NCBI GenBank assembly: GCA_963667015.2
Contig: CAXXJJ010000004.1
Span: forward strand, 416,001 to 480,000
Reading direction: 5' to 3'
DNA length: 64,000 nt
DNA from: Desulfatiglandales bacterium
GTDB lineage: Bacteria > Desulfobacterota > DSM-4660 > Desulfatiglandales > HGW-15
The position numbers and the translations under genes are program-made. Below are positions 1-6,835 of the stretch, piece after piece. The notes below the pieces were generated by a model. That model was not told the origin of the DNA. It worked only from the letters and a program-made list of their open reading frames with translations, and searched no databases. Numbering within the stretch: position 1 is the stretch's first letter; each line of letters begins with the position of its first letter.

Positions 1-458
1 ATTTCACGATAGCCCCATGTCCATTCCTTGTTCTCGTAGCACTTGTCGCTTGTAACATTAACAATTGCACGAACTGTTTCAATTTCTCTAGAGGCTTCAA
101 AGACATTTATAGTTCCCGTTACGTTGCTTGAAAATGTTTCAACAGGATCTATATAGGAATGCCTTACAATAGCCTGGGCAGCCAGGTGAAATACTATGTC
201 CGGTTTTTGTTCTTTGAAAATCTGTTTCAACTTGTCAGCATCACGAATATCTCCGATCTCGGATTTTATATCCATGTTTAGAAGTTGGAAGTGGTTAGGT
301 TCTGTTGAGGGCTGAAGGGAGTAACCTGTGACTTTGGCACCCAGATGTAAAAGCCATAATGCCAGCCAAGAACCCTTGAAACCAGTGTGCCCGGTTATTA
401 AAACTCTTTTATTATTATATATTCCTTTAAACGGATGCTGTTCGGTTACTATTCCCAT
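1..458 (-). CDS. rfbG: CDP-glucose 4,6-dehydratase (5' part; runs off window)
   Basis: Manual translation from ATG at 458: MGIVTEQHPFKGIYNNKRVLITGHTGFKGSWL...; overlaps the rfbF stop. Confidence 0.92.
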   Translation of the reverse strand, partial: MGIVTEQHPFKGIYNNKRVLITGHTGFKGSWLALWLLHLGAKVTGYSLQPSTEPNHFQLLNMDIKSEIGDIRDADKLKQIFKEQKPDIVFHLAAQAIVRHSYIDPVETFSSNVTGTINVFEASREIETVRAIVNVTSDKCYENKEWTWGYRE

Positions 459-1228
459 ATTTTCCACTTTGCCTCACCGGATCTCCAGAGTTGTTCTAGG
501 ACACCTTTATCTCTCAATGCATCCATACATTTCCAGAAACCTTTATGTTTATAAGCAGACAGCTGTTTGTCGCGGGTCAGTTTTTCAAGAGGATCGTCTT
601 CCCACATAATCTGGTCTGCATTTTCAGGTAGGTAATTAAATATTTCAGGTTTTAATACAAAAAAACCTCCATTAATCCATCCACCATCTCCAACTAATTT
701 TTCATTAAAACCTGCAACATGTTCGTCAGATTCTATATCGAGCAAACCAAATCTACCTTCCGGTTGTACTGCTGTAACAGTACCGATCTTTTCATGTTCA
801 TGATGATGAGCTATCAGTTTTTTCAGGTCGATATCAGCTACTCCATCGCCATATGTTAAAAGAAATTCCTCATTGCCGATGTAATGCTGAATACGTTTTA
901 GACGACCAGCTGTACCAGTTCTTAAACCTGTATCAACAAGTGTAACACGGAATTTTTCGGTATTTGATCTATGAACTTCAAAACTGTTAGTCTGAAGATT
1001 AATAGTAACATCTGAATTATATACATAATAGTTTAAGAAATATTCTTTTACGATATAGCTTTTATATCCAAGACAGATTATGAAATCATTGAATCCCTGA
1101 GCCTCGAATATTTTCATGATATGCCAGAGGATTGGTTTTTCGCCGATCTCTATCATTGGTTTAGGTTTTAAATGGGATTCTTCAGAGATACGTGTGCCCA
1201 ACCCCCCTGCGAATATAACTGTTTTCAT
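449..1228 (-). CDS. rfbF: glucose-1-phosphate cytidylyltransferase
   Basis: AGGLGTRISEESHLKPKPMIEIG, TYGDGVAD, WINGGFFV and GFWKCMD motifs. Confidence 0.96.
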   Translation of the reverse strand: MKTVIFAGGLGTRISEESHLKPKPMIEIGEKPILWHIMKIFEAQGFNDFIICLGYKSYIVKEYFLNYYVYNSDVTINLQTNSFEVHRSNTEKFRVTLVDTGLRTGTAGRLKRIQHYIGNEEFLLTYGDGVADIDLKKLIAHHHEHEKIGTVTAVQPEGRFGLLDIESDEHVAGFNEKLVGDGGWINGGFFVLKPEIFNYLPENADQIMWEDDPLEKLTRDKQLSAYKHKGFWKCMDALRDKGVLEQLWRSGEAKWKIWE

Positions 1229-1301
1229 AGCCGTACTCCTCTAATATTTTACTTACCTGAAATATATATTGGAATTAGTTCCTGTTTTTATTTCAGCTTA
1301 T

Positions 1302-1652
1302 TTATTTTATTTTTAAAAATTTTCTAACTTCCAATTTGACTATCTCAGCAATCTTTTCAGTGAGAATATCTATAGCCGTTTCATCATCTACTAGCTTTCC
1401 ATTATTATGACCTTTGTAAAAGTATTCTTTTATTTCTGGAATACTTTTTCCGGAATCTCTTAATTCTTTTATCCTTTCAAGAACTGTTATGTGTGCCGTC
1501 GTATATCTTCGTTGTCCACCTGGAGTTCTTAAAGGCACAACTATTCCATCCATTTCCTTTTCCCAGAAACGAAGAGTCGGTTTTGGGATGCTTAGCCTTT
1601 CGCTCAGTTGCTGGATGGTAAATTGAGTTGAATCCAAATATGTTTTATTCAT
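1302..1652 (-). CDS. small MerR-family HTH regulator (no effector domain)
   Basis: FTIQQLSERLSIPKPTLRFWEKE...RTPGGQRRYT. Confidence 0.88.
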   Translation of the reverse strand: MNKTYLDSTQFTIQQLSERLSIPKPTLRFWEKEMDGIVVPLRTPGGQRRYTTAHITVLERIKELRDSGKSIPEIKEYFYKGHNNGKLVDDETAIDILTEKIAEIVKLEVRKFLKIK

Positions 1653-1857
1653 AGTCTCATCAATATTTCGAAATGTTTCGGGAAGTGAAGTATTAGAGCG
1701 GGCTCCGCCCCTTTAAGTTACATTTCCATTTGAAAAACGCCACTAGTGAATGCTTTCAAGCTGAAATCCTTTTTCTGGAGATATGCTGTGCAATTCTAAT
1801 TTCTCAGAATATAAACTAAAGTTGAATTAACTTCAGCTTTAACTTTTACTTGAATTA

Positions 1858-1873
1858 TGCAATATGGGTGCCA
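1858..1873 (-). promoter_or_regulatory. sigma-54 (-24/-12) promoter for merR-rfbFG
   Basis: Minus strand TGGCAC-CCATA-TTGCA, a perfect TGGCAC-N5-TTGCW. Confidence 0.75.
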
Positions 1874-1988
1874 TTATGCTGTATAATGGATAAGTGTATA
1901 TATATCAGTATGATAAGTTATTTTGAAGATTTTATTTAAATGATAAAAGTCATGAGTATGACACTTAAAGTTGAAAATTTTTCCTATT

Positions 1989-2004
1989 TGCTGATGGTGT
2001 GCCA
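1989..2004 (-). promoter_or_regulatory. second, weaker sigma-54-like site
   Basis: Minus strand TGGCAC-ACCAT-CAGCA; GG-N10-GC spacing kept. Confidence 0.45.
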
Positions 2005-2221
2005 GTTATATTTGACATTGCAGGAGCATTATTTCGAATCAAAAGGCAAAAAGAAATCTTTAGACAGTATTTACAGTATGCATAGGATAGATAATATTTT
2101 TTGCCTATCCATATAGAGTTAGAAAGATTTTAAAGGAAAAATCAGATTGAAAAAATATTACCGAAAAAAGCTCAAGGCCAAATTAGGTAAAAATATCGAG
2201 CGGTTTGATAAAATCTCCACT

Positions 2222-3718
2222 TCAGGATTTTATTTTCCCAACCGCTACAAGGTAGAGGAGACGGGAGTCTTTATCAAGGCCGATCAAATCCATGGCTTCA
2301 TCGTCATAAAAGGCCCCTATACCACAACAACCGAGACCAAGTGACGTTGCAGTAATATAGAGAAGTTGGCCAATTCTGCCGGCATTCATCATTGCATGCC
2401 TGTAGCCCCTTGGGCCATATTTTTTATCGAGATCGTTAAGATCACAAATAAGCAGGAAGTGCAGTCCCGCGTTTTTGAGCCATTCCTGATTAAGGCAGGT
2501 ATTAGCTATTTTTTCATTGAAAATTCCTGATTTAAGTATTCCAAATTTTCTACCATGTTTATCCAGAGAATATAAACCCGGGAAAATATCCTTTACTTTT
2601 TCGGCAAAAAACATTGTCTGAAGCAGGTTTAATTCATCTTCTTTGTTAATATCTGTTTCGGAACAATTTGTTATAACGTTTAGGATATGCATGAAATCTT
2701 CGCTTGCTATCTTCTTGTTAATAAAATTACGTTTTGATCTTCTCTTGAGCAGACATTCAGGATATGGGATACCTGTTTGTAAATTGTCTATATTTTTTAT
2801 CAGTTCCCATTTATCAGGCTGAAGCGGAGAAAGGGAAGGGGGGATTTCTGATAATTTTCTATCGAAAGGCATATTGCCAGCCTCATGAATCTCTCTTATG
2901 GCCGGATAGTCAATAACTTTTTGGGACATAATGCTCGCATTTGTTATCTCTACAGAAAGGGTGTCGACCGACAGATCAGCTCCATCAGGCATGTTTTCCT
3001 TGCCAGGGATATTAACCATGGCAAGACCTGCTTCATGAAAATCATCAAGCCCGAGAAATTTATTCAATTTATTGTCTTCAAAATCATAATTAAGTTCAAA
3101 TAATATACTTAAACTATTTAATGCAAGTATTAGATTTTCCAATACATGACCTGTATCCAGTAGGTGGTATCTGTATGCCCTGTCACGGTATTTCCATGAA
3201 CTCCTGAAGAATATGGATGAAAACATAAATGATATAAGCGGTCTTTTTATCGATTTGGGAAAGATTATATCTCCTGCAAGTATTGAATAATCACCTTTCC
3301 TTAGTCTTGTGAGGGAATGATTTATGATATTAAAGTGGTATAATCCGTCACCCAGATCGTCTAAGCCCCTGATCATCAAATAGATCTCCACCGGATAAAG
3401 GGCGCCTGCAGAAGCAGCGCTCCTGTAATAAAAAAATCCATTTGAATGCCTTGCTCTGGCTATAATGGAATAGGTCAGGTTTAGAATTGTGGAGATATCG
3501 TTAATATCCAATTTAAAATCAGATTCTGCCCCCTTTTTGCCAGTAATCGCTTTAAGTGGAACAGGTGAAGGCATCCTGGTTACTGGAAGAGGTACATTCT
3601 CAAGACCTTCATACGTCTTGAAAAGTAAAGGCTGATTCTGCCAGTCAAGTTGATGGTCTCCAAGGCTGTTCCGCTTATAACTCGTGATATCATGGTAATC
3701 TTTCGAACATTTTATCAT
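2222..3718 (-). CDS. SagB/ThcOx-family dehydrogenase (tandem nitroreductase domains)
   Basis: RSAASAGALYPVE, RAYRYHLLDTGH, RRSKRNF and GCCGIGAFYD motifs. Confidence 0.85.
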   Translation of the reverse strand: MIKCSKDYHDITSYKRNSLGDHQLDWQNQPLLFKTYEGLENVPLPVTRMPSPVPLKAITGKKGAESDFKLDINDISTILNLTYSIIARARHSNGFFYYRSAASAGALYPVEIYLMIRGLDDLGDGLYHFNIINHSLTRLRKGDYSILAGDIIFPKSIKRPLISFMFSSIFFRSSWKYRDRAYRYHLLDTGHVLENLILALNSLSILFELNYDFEDNKLNKFLGLDDFHEAGLAMVNIPGKENMPDGADLSVDTLSVEITNASIMSQKVIDYPAIREIHEAGNMPFDRKLSEIPPSLSPLQPDKWELIKNIDNLQTGIPYPECLLKRRSKRNFINKKIASEDFMHILNVITNCSETDINKEDELNLLQTMFFAEKVKDIFPGLYSLDKHGRKFGILKSGIFNEKIANTCLNQEWLKNAGLHFLLICDLNDLDKKYGPRGYRHAMMNAGRIGQLLYITATSLGLGCCGIGAFYDDEAMDLIGLDKDSRLLYLVAVGKIKS

Positions 3719-3838
3719 CAGCTTTTCCTTTCAGTTAATGTAACTGACCTATCAAGAGACCCAGCACCTTTTACATTGTACATATTTTACAATAATAACA
3801 GACCTTATTAAAGGTCCATTATTTATGTATTTTACTGC

Positions 3839-3892
3839 TTGACTTACAGTTATATTTACAGTAATATGACTTTACTGTAAGTTTGACTGTAA
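3839..3892 (+). promoter_or_regulatory. sigma-70 promoter of lexA overlapped by four TTACWGTAA-like boxes (candidate LexA operator)
   Basis: TTGACT(3839)-N17-TAATAT(3862); boxes at 3844, 3856, 3872 and 3884. Confidence 0.65.
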
Positions 3893-3929
3893 TAATTTCT
3901 GGCGAATTAATAAAAGCGGGAGTGAAAGT

Positions 3930-4532
3930 ATGAAACTGACAGAGAAACAGAAGGATTTTCTTACATATCTCTCTGAATATATTGATGAATGGGGGCAGTC
4001 TCCCAGTTTTGATGAGATATGTGTCCGCTTCGGATTCAGTTCCTACAATACGGTTACAACCTATCTGAAGCTGCTGGAAAAAAAGGGTTATATACGCCTT
4101 CCTGATAAGAATAAAAAGCGGTCCATTGAGGTTTTAAGTCCAGTTGAAAAAAGTCGCTTTGAATTTCCACTCCTTGGCAAGGTTGCCGGCGGAAAACCCA
4201 TAGAGGCCATTGAAAACTATGATGTCATAGAGGTGCCGCCTTCCATGATCGGCAGCGGTGATCATTTTGTCCTGGAGGTAAGCGGGTTTTCCATGAAGGA
4301 AGAGGGAATAATGGATGGCGATTTTGTAGTGGTAAGAAAGCAGTCATGGGCAGAGACCGGTGAAACAGTGGTTGCCCTTATAGGTAACGAGGCAACCGTA
4401 AAAAAATACTACAAAACAGGCAAACATGTGGAATTGAGGCCTGCCCATGAAGGAATGGAGTCAATATATGTGGAAAAGGGGGATCTGCGTATTGAGGGTA
4501 AGGTTGTTGGGGTGTTGAGGTTTTATAAATGA
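3930..4532 (+). CDS. lexA: SOS repressor LexA
   Basis: N-terminal wHTH; GKVAGG cleavage-site region; VSGFSM catalytic Ser; EATVKK catalytic Lys. Confidence 0.95.
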   Translation: MKLTEKQKDFLTYLSEYIDEWGQSPSFDEICVRFGFSSYNTVTTYLKLLEKKGYIRLPDKNKKRSIEVLSPVEKSRFEFPLLGKVAGGKPIEAIENYDVIEVPPSMIGSGDHFVLEVSGFSMKEEGIMDGDFVVVRKQSWAETGETVVALIGNEATVKKYYKTGKHVELRPAHEGMESIYVEKGDLRIEGKVVGVLRFYK

Positions 4533-4533
4533 T

Positions 4534-4568
4534 AGGCTAAAGGCGCAGGGCGCATGGCTCAAGGTTTT
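4534..4568 (+). repeat. 7-mer tandem array (NGGCKCA-like), left arm of four-helix-bundle cassette
   Basis: AGGCTAA AGGCGCA GGGCGCA TGGCTCA AGGTTTT, directly after the lexA stop. Confidence 0.8.
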
Positions 4569-4603
4569 AAAAACAAAGGCATAAAACCTTAAAGAGGAAA
4601 ATA

Positions 4604-4969
4604 ATGGGTAATTTTGAAAAACTTAATGTTTGGCAGAGGGCTAAAGATTTGGCAGTGTTTGTTTATAAAGCCAGTAACCATGGGGAACTCGCCAGGGATT
4701 ATGGGTTGCGGGATCAGATAAGGCGCTCCGCTGTATCTGTACCCAGTAATATTGCAGAGGGTGATGAGCTTGATACGGATCGTCAATCCATAAAGTATTT
4801 TCATATAGCAAAAGGTTCTTCTGCTGAGCTTCTCACTCAGGCAATTATTGCCCATGAGATAGGAGTTATAGATGAAAAGGATTTTACTCATATCAACACT
4901 GAATGCCGTTCCATTTCAAGTATGCTTGCAAAACTGATTAAAGCCAGAACAGAGAATAAAAATGTTTAG
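4604..4969 (+). CDS. four helix bundle protein (23S rRNA intervening-sequence protein family)
   Basis: FEKLNVWQRA, LRDQIRRSAVSVPSNIAEG and IAKGSSAEL motifs. Confidence 0.93.
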   Translation: MGNFEKLNVWQRAKDLAVFVYKASNHGELARDYGLRDQIRRSAVSVPSNIAEGDELDTDRQSIKYFHIAKGSSAELLTQAIIAHEIGVIDEKDFTHINTECRSISSMLAKLIKARTENKNV

Positions 4970-4992
4970 CTTCCTTAAGCTAATCGTTTTTT

Positions 4993-5030
4993 CCTTACGC
5001 CTTGCGCCCTGCGCCCTGCGCCCTGCGCCG
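4993..5030 (-). repeat. 7-mer tandem array, right (complementary) arm of four-helix-bundle cassette
   Basis: TACGCCT TGCGCCC TGCGCCC TGCGCCC TGCGCCG is the reverse complement of the left-arm unit. Confidence 0.85.
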
Positions 5031-5080
5031 TTATAAACTCCTCCGATAATATTTTTTTCCATGTATTTGGAGTTTATCCC

Positions 5081-6244
5081 ATGTTCCGCCACATCATTCA
5101 CCTCCACGTCCCCACCTTCCCCATAACTTTGGAGAGGCTCAATCATCCTGAGTTAAGGGAGAGGCCTGTTGTGATAGCTCTGCCTCAATCTGACAGGGCC
5201 TTGATCCTTGCCGCATCATCAGAGGCCAGGAGGGAGGGGATATTTAAGGGTATGGTTATAGGAAAGGCCTTAAGATTTTGCCCTGAACTGACCGTTTTAT
5301 CTCCCAATCCCGGTCTGGTGGAAAAGGGTTCCAGGCTTCTTGCCAGGGCGGCGGCTGAATATACGCCCGTATGGGAGCCTTCGAAACCGGGGCATGTATA
5401 TCTTGATGTTACCGGTACTCGTCGTCTGTGGGGCAGGGCAAAGGATGCTGCATGGCGTATAAGCCGTGAAATAAATACCCGCCTGTCTCTTTCGGGAGCA
5501 GTGGGTGTGGCAGGCAACAAGATGGTGTCAAGCATTGCTTCGAGACTCCTGCCTTCAGGAGAAATAATGGATGTTGATCACGGTAGGGAATCATCATTCA
5601 TGGCACCCCTGGATGTTGATTATCTTCCGGGTGTAGGCCATATCCGCAAACGGGTCCTTCTGGAAGAACTTAATATCACCCTTGTCAGAGAAGTCGCTGA
5701 GATGGATACCAGTAATTTACGGCTGGTGTTTAAAAAACAGGCACTTATCATCCACCAGAGAGCAATCGGGATTGACCCGACCCCTGTTATTCCTCCTTCA
5801 TCAAGGCCTGAAGTGAGCGAGTCTGTAACCCTTGCCGGGGATATTAATGATGATCAGAGGCTCCTGAGCGAACTCCACAGTCTTGTTGAGAAATGCGCTC
5901 AAAGGCTCAGGAAGAGGGGAATATGTCCCGGAAAGGCGGGTCTTGTAATAAGATATTCCGATCAGATGGAGAATACACGAAGTGTTCCGCTTGCTTGCCG
6001 GAGTTACTGGGAGAGCGAGCTCTACCCTGTTATTGAAAATCTCTTTTTTAAGGCCTGTGACCGGCGATGCGGAGTAAAGTTCATGCGTGTCAGGTTCACT
6101 GATCTTGGAAAAACATCCGGTCAGATTTCATTATTTGCAAGGCCAGCCCCTGAAATTGTTAAAAAAAACAGGGTTTCTATTGCAATGGATCTCATCAGGA
6201 AGAAGTGTGGGGATAGTGTTATAAACTACGGAAAGGCTTTGTAA
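5081..6244 (+). CDS. imuB: Y-family polymerase homologue, probably catalytically inactive ImuB-like scaffold
   Basis: DinB fold (PELRERPVVI, EARREGI, GVAGNKMVS); catalytic motifs degenerate (HLHVPTF, SKPGHVYLD); clamp-type motif QISLF. Confidence 0.8.
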   Translation: MFRHIIHLHVPTFPITLERLNHPELRERPVVIALPQSDRALILAASSEARREGIFKGMVIGKALRFCPELTVLSPNPGLVEKGSRLLARAAAEYTPVWEPSKPGHVYLDVTGTRRLWGRAKDAAWRISREINTRLSLSGAVGVAGNKMVSSIASRLLPSGEIMDVDHGRESSFMAPLDVDYLPGVGHIRKRVLLEELNITLVREVAEMDTSNLRLVFKKQALIIHQRAIGIDPTPVIPPSSRPEVSESVTLAGDINDDQRLLSELHSLVEKCAQRLRKRGICPGKAGLVIRYSDQMENTRSVPLACRSYWESELYPVIENLFFKACDRRCGVKFMRVRFTDLGKTSGQISLFARPAPEIVKKNRVSIAMDLIRKKCGDSVINYGKAL

Positions 6245-6248
6245 TTTA

Positions 6249-6829
6249 ACCACAGAGACACGGAGGACACAGAGGGTGACTGTGCTTTAATCCAACAGGG
6301 AGATACCTGTTGAATTAAATGAATTGTCCCTTTGTGAAAGATACAAATTCTAAAGGTTTAAGGTAAGGGGTTATTATATGGGCATAAATAATCTTACAGG
6401 TCAAATAATCGGTGCCGCTATTGAGGTTCATAGAGAATTAGGGCCAGGGCTTTTGGAGTCTATCTATGAAGAGTGTCTTTGTTATGAATTCAGTTTAAGG
6501 AATATTCAGCATATTAGACAGCAATCCATTCCTGTAAACTATAAAGGCGCTAAACTGAATTGTGAATACAGGATAGATATCTTAGTGGAAGATACTGTAA
6601 TTCTTGAATTGAAATCTGTTAACGATTTGCAGCCGATCTATGAGGCACAGCTATTAACCTATTTAAAGCTAACAAGTCTCAAAGTGGGGCTATTAATAAA
6701 TTTTAATGTGCCGGTTTTGAAACAGGGAATCAAAAGATTGATGCTTTAGTTTTAAATTGTAAATGTCCTTTTAGCCTATCGGCATCTCCCGATATGCTAA
6801 AAGCTCTGTGACCTCTGTGTCTCTGTGGT
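6249..6829. mobile_element. inverted-repeat-flanked GxxExxY cassette (putative mobile or intervening element)
   Basis: 26-bp inverted repeats at 6249-6274 and 6804-6829 (24/26 match); subterminal hairpins at 6286-6319 and 6769-6802. Confidence 0.6.
6378..6749 (+). CDS. GxxExxY protein (PD-(D/E)XK nuclease-like)
   Basis: [36 protein letters not shown] and GLLINFN motifs. Confidence 0.93.
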   Translation: MGINNLTGQIIGAAIEVHRELGPGLLESIYEECLCYEFSLRNIQHIRQQSIPVNYKGAKLNCEYRIDILVEDTVILELKSVNDLQPIYEAQLLTYLKLTSLKVGLLINFNVPVLKQGIKRLML

Positions 6830-6835
6830 GACATT

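Noticed and set aside
4604..4969. Four-helix-bundle gene as Avd of a diversity-generating retroelement
   Set aside because: No reverse transcriptase and no template/variable repeat pair in the window
4916..5146. Minus-strand ORF with GAGRRAQGARR
   Set aside because: Translation artefact of the 7-mer array, antisense to real genes
6249..6829. GxxExxY cassette as a classical IS or MITE
   Set aside because: No DDE or HUH transposase and no target-site duplication; kept only as an unexplained element
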